Shown here: positions 41,312 through 51,489 of the stretch, in pieces
How positions within the stretch are numbered: the first letter of the stretch is position 1
How the letters are laid out: the number at the start of each line of letters is the position of its first letter
Assembly: GCA_049999805.1 (NCBI GenBank)
Contig: JBNGIO010006384.1
Span: forward strand, 62,001-113,489
Direction of reading: 5' to 3'
Source: Folioceros fuciformis
Taxonomy: Eukaryota
DNA: 51,489 nt
The notes under the pieces: model-generated
Told to the model about the DNA's origin: nothing
Database searches by the model: none
What the model saw: only the letters and a program-made list of their open reading frames with translations
Program-made: the position numbers and the translations under genes

Positions 41312-41780
41312 AGCCGCAATCCTTCACCCCTGTTTACTTGTTTAGCCTCTTGCTCTCGAGCCGCACGAAGAAGAAGAAAGAAGTACCAAAAAGCAGACTG
41401 TTAAGTGCGAACAAACCAATGACTATCCAGTTCTTTTCCCACTTCCTTTGACATCCCAGGCGCATGCTGGCACAAGCTCTCGTGAACATGGAGCAGCCAT
41501 GTTTCCGCTTACTCTCCGATCTACCGTGGGTGGGTACAAGGTGGACCGTGAATCTTACCCACATTCTACAACAACCTCAAACCCACGACATTACTTTGGT
41601 CTTGACATGACGAGCATCTTCTCTGCCTCATCGAAATGGGCCAGCACGCCCAAGAAAATCGATCGTGCAGTTGTAATGCTCTACAGGAGGTTCGTCTGTC
41701 TCAGTTTGATCGAGAACGGCTCACACCTGGCGAGAAAACAACAATTCTCTAGAGCACTGGGTTGTTGTTGTTGTTCATTT

Positions 41781-44321
41781 TCACGGTCGGCCTTTACAAC
41801 TGCACCTACCAGCTGAGAATCGATGCACACGGTACCCATCCCTTACAACAATGTCTCTGTTTTCAAGCCTTGACATGATCTCGGTAGAACTGTGACAATC
41901 ACTGCACATGCGCAGATTCTTTGTTACCACCAGAGGGGTGCCCCTGGGAGTGTTAAGGAGACCAAACGCAAGGGCTAGCTTCTCAGCATGCCCACAAAGC
42001 GCGTCTTCTTTTTCCTTCTCAGACAGTGGCCTCAACACCAACTTTGTGTGTGGCACATGTCCCCCTTCCAGCTTCAGCCGGGCATTAGTGCTCTCTACCT
42101 TCAGCGCAATGTCATCTGTCCTACCTCCTACCACAAATGTATGTACCTGCTCCTTCACCTCAATGCCCGCCACTGCAGGTTTCTTGGTAGCTCCTGCTAC
42201 CAGTCTCTGTGCTTCAATCCTCTCTACATCGGTCCACCTACCTGCATCTGCATAGGCATTGGCCATGAGAACATATGCAGGCGCCTGCTTGGGGTCCAGT
42301 GTCACAAGCCTCTCAAAACATCGCGTGGCCCTCTCTAAATCTCTGTGACTTTTGGAGGCAGTCAGCAAAGAAGTCCACCCAACAACATTTCTGTGGCCCT
42401 CGCATGATAACAGCATCTTTTCTGCCTCATCTAAGTGGCCTGCACGTCCTAGAAGATCAATCATGCAGTTATAATGCTCAGTAGACGGTTTGATGCCATA
42501 CTGATCAGCCATGGATTCGAAGTGCTTGCGACCCTCATGGACCAGTCCTTCATGACTGCATGCCGCTAGCAGGCAAGTAAAAGTGGTGTCATCAGGCCGA
42601 ACACCGGCAGCCAACATCTCCTCAAAACAGGCCAATGCCAAGTGACCTTCATCACAAGCACCATACCCAGATATCAAGGACGTCCATGTCACTACATCCT
42701 TTGCGGCCAAGCTGTCGAAAACAGCGCGTGCATCTTTGAGTTCGCCACATTTTGCGTACATGTCCACCAAGCACGTCCCTATGAGTGGGTTATCTTGAAG
42801 TCCTTCCCCGCCAATCTGAAAGTGCAGCTGTCTGCCCTTCTGCAAGGCACCAGAGGTTGCACAGGCCTTCACAAGGAAGGCTAGAGTAACGTAGTCAGCC
42901 ACAACTAGGCCCTCCTGCTCCATTTTCCCATACAGAGCAAGGGCCTCGTGACCAAGTCCTTGCTGCGTATACCCAGCAATTAGGGCTGTCCATGTCACCA
43001 CATCCTTGGTAGCCAAGCTGTCGAAAACCCTGCGTGCGTCTTCCAGTTCGCCACACTTTGCATACATATCAACCAGGCAGTTGCCGACTAGTCTACTACC
43101 CAGCAGTCCTCTCTCCACAATCTGTGAGTGGAACTGCCTGCCCTTCTGCAACGCACCAGTGCCTGCACAGGCCTGCAGAAGGCAAGCAAAAGTAACATGG
43201 TCCGCGACAATCTGGCCCTCCTGCTCCATTTTCCCATACAAAAGAAGCGCCTGTTGGCCGAGCCCGCGCTGTGTGTACCCAGCGATGAGAGCGTTCCATG
43301 TCACCACATTCTTCGTGGGCAAGCTGTCAAAAATCCGGCGTGCAGCTTCCAGTTCTCCACATCTTGCATGCCCAGCTACAAGGGCAGTCCATGTCACCAC
43401 ATTTTTCGTGCCCAAGCTGTCAAAAACCCTGCGTGCATCTTCCAGTTCGCCACATTTTGCATACATGTCCACCAAGCAGGTGCCAACAAACAAGTCCAGA
43501 GCAATGCCATTCTGCAGCACCTCACTGTGCAGTTTCCTGCCAGACTCCAAATCAGCAGCAAATCCACACGCCTGAAGGGCAGCCGCAAACACATGAGCAT
43601 CCGCCTTCACACCCGACCTTCGCATCTCCTGGTACAGCTGTATGGCCTCCTTTGGTTTTCCATGTTTAGAGTACGCGGATATTATGGAAGACCACATGAA
43701 GGCATCTGGTCTGCCTACCCTGGTGAACACATCCATGGCCTCCTGTATCCTACCTCCACACGCATACATGCGCAAGAGATGGTTCCCAAGATAAGCATTG
43801 GACTCGTACCCAAGTTTGACAGTCAGATCATGAACTCGCTGCCCCACAACCAAATCCCTCCTAGCTGCACACATTTTGATGACACTGTAAATCAGAGACA
43901 GAGGAATCGGACCGTCAGTCTGCGCCAGAGACTCCAGGGCTCCCACAGCCTCCGTAAGCATCCCGTGCTGACACAAGTTCCTCACGGTGACAGCCGTTAC
44001 CACGCCCGTTTCGGGTCGGAAGTCAGGCCACCGGAAGCTCTTCTCATCTCGCCTGTTGTCCCACCACATAACTGGCTCCAAAAAAACTCGCTCCTGCTCT
44101 TGCTCCTGGCCCCGACCATCACTGGAAAATCCTTCCCCGCCCACAAATTTTCTGGGAAGGGGAAGTGCTGATTTCCTTACGCTGCTGCACCCAGAGGCTT
44201 GATTGATTCCCAGCATTTGACTCCCAGATATGACGAATTGATCTGGCGCTCGTCGTGGAATCCCTGTGCTTTCACCCATTTGTTGTGTCCACAGCGGATC
44301 CAACTGCCATATCGTGGCCAT
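41781..44321 (-). CDS. PLS-class PPR protein with E1/E2 and a variant deaminase-like domain (DYW:KP, 'GRP' type), intronless, 846 aa; putative organellar RNA-editing factor
   Basis: About 15-16 P/L/S motifs, P2-L2-S2, E1, E2, then KKPAVAGIEV (in place of the PG box), CGHAEKLA, KNLRMCSDCH and terminal CSCKGRP*. Confidence 0.95.
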   Translation of the reverse strand: MATIWQLDPLWTQQMGESTGIPRRAPDQFVISGSQMLGINQASGCSSVRKSALPLPRKFVGGEGFSSDGRGQEQEQERVFLEPVMWWDNRRDEKSFRWPDFRPETGVVTAVTVRNLCQHGMLTEAVGALESLAQTDGPIPLSLIYSVIKMCAARRDLVVGQRVHDLTVKLGYESNAYLGNHLLRMYACGGRIQEAMDVFTRVGRPDAFMWSSIISAYSKHGKPKEAIQLYQEMRRSGVKADAHVFAAALQACGFAADLESGRKLHSEVLQNGIALDLFVGTCLVDMYAKCGELEDARRVFDSLGTKNVVTWTALVAGHARCGELEAARRIFDSLPTKNVVTWNALIAGYTQRGLGQQALLLYGKMEQEGQIVADHVTFACLLQACAGTGALQKGRQFHSQIVERGLLGSRLVGNCLVDMYAKCGELEDARRVFDSLATKDVVTWTALIAGYTQQGLGHEALALYGKMEQEGLVVADYVTLAFLVKACATSGALQKGRQLHFQIGGEGLQDNPLIGTCLVDMYAKCGELKDARAVFDSLAAKDVVTWTSLISGYGACDEGHLALACFEEMLAAGVRPDDTTFTCLLAACSHEGLVHEGRKHFESMADQYGIKPSTEHYNCMIDLLGRAGHLDEAEKMLLSCEGHRNVVGWTSLLTASKSHRDLERATRCFERLVTLDPKQAPAYVLMANAYADAGRWTDVERIEAQRLVAGATKKPAVAGIEVKEQVHTFVVGGRTDDIALKVESTNARLKLEGGHVPHTKLVLRPLSEKEKEDALCGHAEKLALAFGLLNTPRGTPLVVTKNLRMCSDCHSSTEIMSRLENRDIVVRDGYRVHRFSAGRCSCKGRP

Positions 44322-44872
44322 GTGACAGACAACGCAACGCCCTCAGGACACTTAGCAGATTATTTCCGCCATGCCATTCACTGTCAGCCAGAAAGATGCT
44401 CTTGGTGCAATCGTTCCAAGTTCCATTCTGCCTTGATTCTCTGTGGGATAGAAGAGAATCTAGGTCGAATCATAGCTTGAGTCACTCTCGTAGCAGTACA
44501 TGCTGTTCCTCCTCATTTTTCGGTAGATGACATTTTCCATCACTTTGTCATGACCCCACGAAGTTTAATAAAAGCGTGCTTGCTGCGAGGCGATATGCGG
44601 GAACCTTGACTGCCTTACGTCCTGCGCCGCCAGCCGAAAATGTTCGGGAACGGGGGCCACATAGGATAAAACCGTAATATAGGAGTGAGAATGGGGAACC
44701 GGACCGCCAACCAGGGAGGGGTAGGGACACGGACACGGCTCCCGGGTAGGGTAGCGTCCCGGGGAGACTAGCCGTTGGGTGGGGAGTCCGGGACCCGACC
44801 CTCCCGCCTTCGCCGTGTGAAGTTGAGCCTTGGGAGCTCGCTTGCGTGCGTGCCACAGCGAGGCCGCCAGCG

Positions 44873-47800
44873 ATGGCGCCCCTGAAGTCTTGGGTGCGAG
44901 ACAGTCTTGCGAGTTTGGATCCGCGGGACCTGTGCAGCGAAGCCAAGGTTGAGAAATGCCGCGCAATCCGCGACTTACGAAGCTGCGGCAGGATTGTGCA
45001 GCATGTGCTGCTGTCGTGCGGGCATGCCTGCCTGTGCGCGGAATGCAGTCAGAGGTGCGACGTATGCCCCATCTGCAGAGTGCCGATTTCCAAGACAGGA
45101 GCTGCGATGCGGCTGCGGCTGTACGACGACTTTAGGCAGGCGGGCCTGCTGTCGCAGCCCGCGGGTGAGGACTGCAGGGACGGGGAGGAGTGGACTGCGG
45201 ACGTGCAGCGCTTGCATTCGCTTTTCGACGTGGCGTTGGAGTATAACATGGCGTCCATGGTTTGCCATTGTATCCTCTGCTTGCCGCTTCACTTGTGACG
45301 TAGCTCCTCGATTTCGTCACGAATGGAGGTTTTGTGTTTTTTCTCTCTTGCTCTCTGTGCTGTCGCTCTGTCTCTGTCGAGGGCTACTTAACTTCACAAT
45401 TCAGACGTGCTGGATGTTTGCCTGGACGAGACCGCCGTTTCTAGCGATGCGGTTGTCGCTATGCTGCTGGACGGAGCTGTTGTGAAGGACTGGTGCAAGA
45501 AGGCGTACCAGACTCTCAGCAACAGCTTGGGAGAATTGTGTATCCTGCAAGCCATTGGCGTGCGTTCGTTGCCCGGGTCGGGGTGAATACCGCCTGGTTT
45601 CGTGGTTTTAGGTCATCAGGCATGCAGTGAAAATGTGTCATCTAGTGTCGGCTATTGGGAGTGTACTGCTTAAATTTGCAGAGACGGATTAGGGCAGTGG
45701 ATGCTAATTGATTTTCTGTTGATTCCTTAATATTGTCCTCTCCCAGACAGCTTGAGCTCGAAGCAGATCTGCAGTAAAGCCGATGTTTTGGACAAGTCGT
45801 GTATGAAACTGGAAGGCCTAGGTCACGTACTGGAAGCTCTGGAGGCTCCTCTACTTGACTCAAACTCGCCAACACTGTATGAGGTTCACCAACTATTGGA
45901 AGGTGTCAGGAAAACTCTTCAGGTGAACGTTTGTAGAGTGAGCTGCCAGCCTAGTGGAGGAATACATCTGATTGCGGTGAACTCATAGTGTCTTGGCATG
46001 TTGCAGCATCTGGAGGTGATGACTTGGTGCACGAGGCACCGCTTTCTTGAAAGCTTTCCTGCTCGTTTTGCAAACTCGGCTCAGTGGAAACTTGCAGTCA
46101 AGGAACGAAAGGCCGCTGCGCAGGAAAGGGCATGGCCTGATTACGTTGCAGGCACGGGGCAGCTGGGACCGAAACCAGTTGCAACACTTTTCATAGAGGA
46201 TGCTATATCAAACCTTGGATTTGGTGAGCAAGAGGATGATGATGGTGGAAGGGATGTTGAAATGAACTGGTTACGCTCACCAGGCCAGGCTTCATCATCC
46301 CCTGTCAGGCACCGAAGGGATGGCTTAGGGCAACAACTTTCTGCAAACTCTATGGGCATGTCGTATCCACCTGAAACCATTCGAACGGCAGTGGATGCCC
46401 TTTTTCTGGAGGGCAGCTCTGAGTTGATTCTTGCAAAGCGAGCTATTGTATCCTGGCACTGTTGTCATTTTCTACCTGAAATCTGTTGCCTTTGGGGCTG
46501 TTCGTTCCTTGTTTTTGTGTGTGTCCTGCGAACCCTTAGAACCTCGTGCTGCTCATCCTTGATTTCTGTTTCAGTTCTTGTATTACTTATTTGACCGTTA
46601 CTGGACACTTCATGATCGAAGCTGGCGAAGTATTATTGACGATTACGTGGGGACCTTTTCAATTCCTAGACATTTTGTTCTGGAGTCCCTCGTCTTCTTC
46701 CTTCTCGATGATATTTCTGAAGAAGCCCTTGAGGTACCTAAACTCTTGGTTGCACTCTGCCCTGATGGTCACGAAGGCCTAGGCTAGCCTTGTGTTGGAT
46801 AATGTCTTGGTTTTTGTCTTGGGCTGTCGAGCACTAGGGTTAGGGTTGCACTGGAGGTCATGGTTCTGATCATACCCATACCACTTTGACTGTAGGAAGC
46901 GGGCGAGCTATTGAAGGAAATTGTTGGACCAACAACTCATCCGAAGGTTCCACGTGTTTTGCTTGAGCGGCAAAGACCAAAGGCAGCTTTGATGATCTTG
47001 CGTTGCAATGGCCGGGGGATTCAACTTGGGCGTAAACAGGGAGAATCGGATCAAACAGGCACTATGGCACTAGCAGAAGCTGTCACCACTGTGAGAGTAT
47101 TGATTCAGAGTGAGCTCATTTCAGACAGCTTCCTTTTCCAAAGGGCACACGGTTCAAAGCTGAAGGCAGACGAGCAATTCAAAAGGACAAGTAAAAGGCA
47201 GGATGCTAACAATTGGGAAGCGGATCGAAAATGGGGTGAAGAGATGGAAGTGCTGGTAGGGGAGATTTGCTGGTTATGTATCCTTAGGAGCAGGGTGGAT
47301 CAGATGTTGGAGCTGCCATGGAACGCAGATGAAGAGAAAGCATTGCGGAAGTGTTTATTGGAACGAACCACACAGGATCCTTCGTCTGCTGCAGGGAGTC
47401 TTCTGGCGGTGTACTACATTCGGGTTAGTCGTGAACCGTTTGATGTAGGATTACTTACTGGCAGCCGTTTAGAACCCAGTTCATTATATTGACCTGTTTG
47501 TGCACTAATTCTTGTAGAGATGTCGCTTCGTGGAGGCATACTCAGTGCACCGGAGATTATGCGACTTGGAGCATCAATATATGTCCCGCTCACTGGACGA
47601 GGAAAGGATAGCGCGCATACAGAAAGCATCAGAGAGACGAGGGCTGCTCACGGTAATTCCACGGGCCAGGATGCCCTTAGTTGTCTCATTGCCCTGGCTG
47701 ATGAAGTACTCACTTGCCCGTCCTTCCAGGAGAAAAGCATAGAGCTGCTTCCGGCATTGCAACGGCAGCGTCTGCTAAGCGGGGAGATCCCAGACCCTTT

Positions 47801-48221
47801 GGCTGCCTCACCGTCAGCCGCCAACCCAGCCGTCTCGTCGGGAGAAGATACTGACATCGAAGAAGCAAGCACAGCCCCTGCTCCTTTGCCACTCCTGGTG
47901 AAAAGCGGCAATTCGTCTCGCGTCCCTGGGCCCTCTCCCTCTCCCCTGCTGGCAACCCGGAGTAGGTTTAGCCAGGGCGGCCTTAAATTTCCCGGTGATG
48001 GCGCGCCACCACCCGCCTCCACCGGCTACAGGTGGCCTTCCATCCTCCATGTCCAGTCACCTCTCCTCGGAAACCTGACACCGCAGCCACCGGGCAACGG
48101 GCTAAACGTTAAGCAGAACGGGCACGCCGGCGTCGGCGATGGACCTAGCCCCAGCCCAGTGCTCGGTCCCAGGTTGAGATACGAATCCAATTGGGACTCC
48201 ACCATCGGGATATACAGCTAG
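44873..48221 (+). CDS. HOS1: E3 ubiquitin ligase HOS1 (RING + ELYS domain); at least 8 exons, 3' end uncertain
   Basis: LCSEAKVEKCRAIRDLRSCGR..CGHACLCAECSQRCDVCPICR, CHYVLDVCLDE, QHLEVMTWCTRHRFLE, ATLFIEDAI, AKRAIFLYYLFDR, MLELPWNADEEK. Confidence 0.93.
45270..45404 (+). other. U12-type GT-AG intron (HOS1 intron 1)
   Basis: Donor GTATCCTC and branch-point-like TACTTAAC about 12 nt before the AG. Splicing gives CH-Y-VLDVC. Confidence 0.75.
45540..45746 (+). other. U12-type GT-AG intron (HOS1 intron 2)
   Basis: Donor GTATCCTG and branch point TTCCTTAAT at 45723-45731. Splicing gives GEL-Y-SL. Confidence 0.82.
46448..46574 (+). other. U12-type GT-AG intron (HOS1 intron 4)
   Basis: Donor GTATCCTG and branch point TCCTTGAT at 46556-46563. 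Splicing gives AKRAI|FLYYLFDR. Confidence 0.82.
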
Positions 48222-48688
48222 CACATGTGCACCTCCTCTATGTACCCCTAGATTACTGTAGCTATTCCTGGCCTGGTAAGGAGTGTAGGTACCTAGGTGC
48301 TCAGAAAGCTGAATACGTACCACTCCAAAGAGCCGCTGCCCGGCGGTGCGAGAGTCGAGACGAGAAAAATTTTGGTTCCGTGAATCTTTTTGATCTTGAC
48401 CAACACCCTGGTAACATGTCAGGTTCAGAGTCCAAGGTCCACAACCTGACGACGCCGCGCGCGCATTTTGCTGCAACCGAGGTCGTCGATCAACATTGCG
48501 AGCATGGAGTCGCGAGCACCATCTTGGTGCATCATGCTTTCTTGTCCGAGAGGTTAACTTGTGTCCTGAGCCCTGGAGATGGTGAAGTGGTGGCTGAAGT
48601 TCCAGCTGGTCTCTGAGACATGCTGAAGCGGAATTGGACTGTGTACACCGGACGGAAGCCTATGATCGTGGCTGATGAAACATTTGTG

Positions 48689-51431
48689 ATGAAGCGGCGG
48701 CGACCAAGGCTCTGGCTCTGGCTCTGCCGCGACGCTGGCAATCGAGATGTCAGAAATGGCGCGTGGGTCGGCCAGCTCCAGCAGCAGCAGCTGCTGCTTG
48801 TGCTGCTGCTGGTGTGGTGCACGTTGCAAGCTCGAGCCAGCCATGCGCAAAATGTAAACCTCACGGCCATCTCCTTCTCCTCGGCCCTGCTCACCTGCTT
48901 GGGATCTTGCCAGTTCGCCAACGACAACTCCCACGTCAACCTGACGCAAATCGGCGGCACCGGCGGCAACGGCGCTCTCCTGGTGGGCAGGGTCATGTTC
49001 AAGAATCCGGTGCGATTCTACGACGGCAGCGGGGTATCAGCATCCTTCCAGACCTCCTTCCAGTTCCGCCTCGACAGACCCAACAGCAACAGAGGTGGTA
49101 ATAGCAGCCTCGGAGACGGGTTCGCCTTCGTCATCGCACCGAGGTTGGACATCCCGACCGGTTCCGAAGGCAGCGCGCTGGGTCTGTTCGCGTCCACCAA
49201 CACGACCGAGGCCAAGCGCGACAACAGGATGGTGGTGGCAGTGGAGGTGGACACCTTCCAGAACTCCAGACCTGACTGGAACGAATCGCCTGTGCCGCAC
49301 GTGGGCCTGGACGTGGGAAGCCCGGAGTCCAGGAACACCTCCACCCAGCTCACGGAGATCGCTGTGGGGCAGACCGTGGGATTGTGGATCCGCTACAGCG
49401 CCCAGGAGCAGGAGCTGGAAGTCCGCATTTCGTCGTCCAAGACAGTATCCGGAAATGGTAGCGGGTTCCAGCTCCCGCCCTCCCGGCAGGTGCTGCTCTG
49501 CTCGGGCTTCGACCTGGCGGGGACGGTGCAGCAGGACTCGTTCGTGGGATTCTCGGCCGCCACCGGAGGCAGTATGGAAATCAACCAGATCCTGTCTTGG
49601 GAATTCGCCACCACGGGCTTCCCGGACCCGGAGCCGGAGCTGGAGCTGGGAGGAGGACCGAGTCTAGGCCCCTTGAGCAGGAGCTCTGGCGGATCTGGAG
49701 GAGCCGGAATCGGACTTGTGGTTGTCGCGCTATCGCTCCTGGTTGCCGCGGCCATCGCTGTGGCCATCGCTTGCTCCTGCTACCTCAGCTGGAGGGTGCA
49801 CAAGAGAAAAGATGGCCAGCCTCGGCCCGACGCGGACTCCGGATCGGAACGGCAGGCCACGGTGCTTGGCAATGAAATCAGCTTCCGGGGTCGCATCCGC
49901 ACGCCCAGCCTGCTGCGCTTGCCGGAAGCCGGGTTCGGGCCCCGCCACGTCCCCTACACAGAACTCTGCGATGCGACCCAGGGGTTCAAGAGCCAGAGCC
50001 TGCTCGGGGAAGGAGGCTTCGGGGGAGTGTATGTGGGAACCATGAAGGATGGCACCCAGGTGGCTGTGAAGAAGGTGAGGCATAAGTCGTTGGAGCGGGT
50101 GAAGGAGTTCCTGGCTGAGGTACGTGATCGCCTCTTCTTGCAAGCTTCCTTTGTCAATTGTCGGACCATCCTTTTTCTCCACGATGGCAGGATAGTCTAC
50201 GGTTGCAGAGAAATGGAAATGTACGGCTCGGCTTGATTCAATTTGTTGTCCACCTTGGGCATTTTGTGAAGACTGCCAGGACCTGCACTGGGATGGGAAT
50301 GGAAATGCAAAATGGGAATGGGAGGCACTTCATTTGTTTGGTCACGTCGCCCATTTATGTGGCTCTGCAGGTGACCATTATTGGCCAGCTGAGCCACAAG
50401 AACCTGGTGCAGCTCAAGGGATGGTGCCACGAGCACGGGGACCTCCTCCTGGTGTATGAGTACATGCCCAACGGCAGCCTGGACAACCACCTATACCCCA
50501 CCGCCGACACTCCTGGGGATTTGCTCACCTGGGCTCAGAGGCTTAGCATCGTGAGGGGGCTTGCTGACGCCCTGTTGTACCTTCATCGGGGCTGGAAGCA
50601 GCCGGTGATCCACAGGGATGTAAAGCCCAGCAACATCATGCTGGATGCCAACTTTGCTGTCCGGCTTGGGGATTTCGGGCTGGCGGTTGCTGTGGAGAAG
50701 GACAAGCTGGTCCAGACTGTCAGCAGAGCTGCAGGTAATCCTATTCTGATATCCTGATTGGCTTCCTGTTTGCTCGAGACAGATACTTCGCAGTTTGTAA
50801 GGAAAGGCTACCTGGCGGCATCCTGGCATCGTTCCTCTGAGGGATGCCATTGGAATGATCATGCAAGTATACTTTCTTGGGTGCAGGAACTGTTGGGTAC
50901 TTCGCGCCCGAGACGCAGGAGACCGGCAAGGTGGGGACAGAGACGGATGTCTTTAGCTTCGGGGTGGTAGCTCTGGAGCTGGTGTGTGGGAAGAGGGCCC
51001 TGGACTGGAGCCGACCGAAGAACGAACGGCATCTGGACAGCTGGGTGTGGAGCCTGTACGCGAGTGGCCGGCTGCTGGAGGCTGTGGACCCTCGGCTGGC
51101 GGGGGATTACGATGAGGAGGAGGTTACGAAACTGCTCCAGTTGGGGCTCATGTGTTCTCTCCCGGACCCCACCTCCAGACCCACCATGACCCTCGTCACC
51201 CTCTTTCTGGCAGGAGCCGTCGACATCCCTGATCTTCCTAAATCCATCCCCTCCCTCTACGCCCCCGTCACCTCACCCGCTGACATCCTGTCCTTTGCAG
51301 CGGTCATGCGAGGTCTCAACAACACTACCTGTACTATAAAATCCAGTGCCCCCGTGGCTTCTTCCTCAGACATGCCAGAGCACTTCAGCACATTGTCGAA
51401 CATCATACAGGGCCCCCGGACATCTTTTTGA
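48689..51431 (+). CDS. L-type (legume) lectin receptor-like kinase; exons 48689 (or 48620)-50119, 50371-50734, 50887-51431
   Basis: Signal peptide, lectin domain (ASFQTSFQF, GDGFAFVIAP, VAVEVDTFQN, FVGFSAATG, ILSWEF), a TM helix and an RD kinase (GEGGFGGVY, VAVKK, HRDVKPSN, DFG, GYFAPE). Confidence 0.94.
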
Positions 51432-51489
51432 GACCAGGACATCATGGAAACGTGTTAACAGAAATTTTGTTAACAACCCTCGCCAACAC

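Noticed and set aside
37085-44321. pTAC3 and the PPR editor adjacent on the same strand as a functional organelle-expression cluster
   Set aside because: PPR genes are extremely numerous in editing-rich plant genomes, so adjacency is expected by chance. The two genes belong to unrelated PPR classes.

Overview
Gene-dense eukaryotic nuclear DNA from a land plant, with short GT-AG introns and two 100-N assembly gaps. It is most likely a hornwort: a DYW:KP/'GRP'-type PPR protein restricts it to hornworts, ferns or lycophytes, and the compact introns and intergenic spacers favour a hornwort. This assignment is inference. Thirteen protein-coding genes are supported, in order: PIP2-type aquaporin (+), prohibitin PHB3-like (+), CMPG1-like U-box/ARM E3 ligase (-), methylcrotonyl-CoA carboxylase beta (-), peroxisomal glutamate:glyoxylate aminotransferase (+), SPX-MFS vacuolar phosphate transporter (+), GT61-like glycosyltransferase (-), TMEM135-family protein with a very long N-terminal extension (-), intronless RuvB-like 1 (+), pTAC3 (-), PLS-E-DYW:KP(GRP) PPR protein (-), HOS1 (+) and an L-type lectin receptor kinase (+). 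The best candidate for an unusual system is the GRP-type PPR, a putative 'reverse' U-to-C organellar RNA editor with a readable target code; the family is known but its native targets largely are not. Also notable: four U12-type (minor spliceosome) introns, three of them in HOS1; a PIP with no cysteine at all; the repeat-bearing TMEM135 extension; the intronless RUVBL1; and paired P1BS and W-box promoter motifs. No rRNA, tRNA, CRISPR array or intact transposon was recognised. Gene models were read by eye, so some exon limits are approximate.
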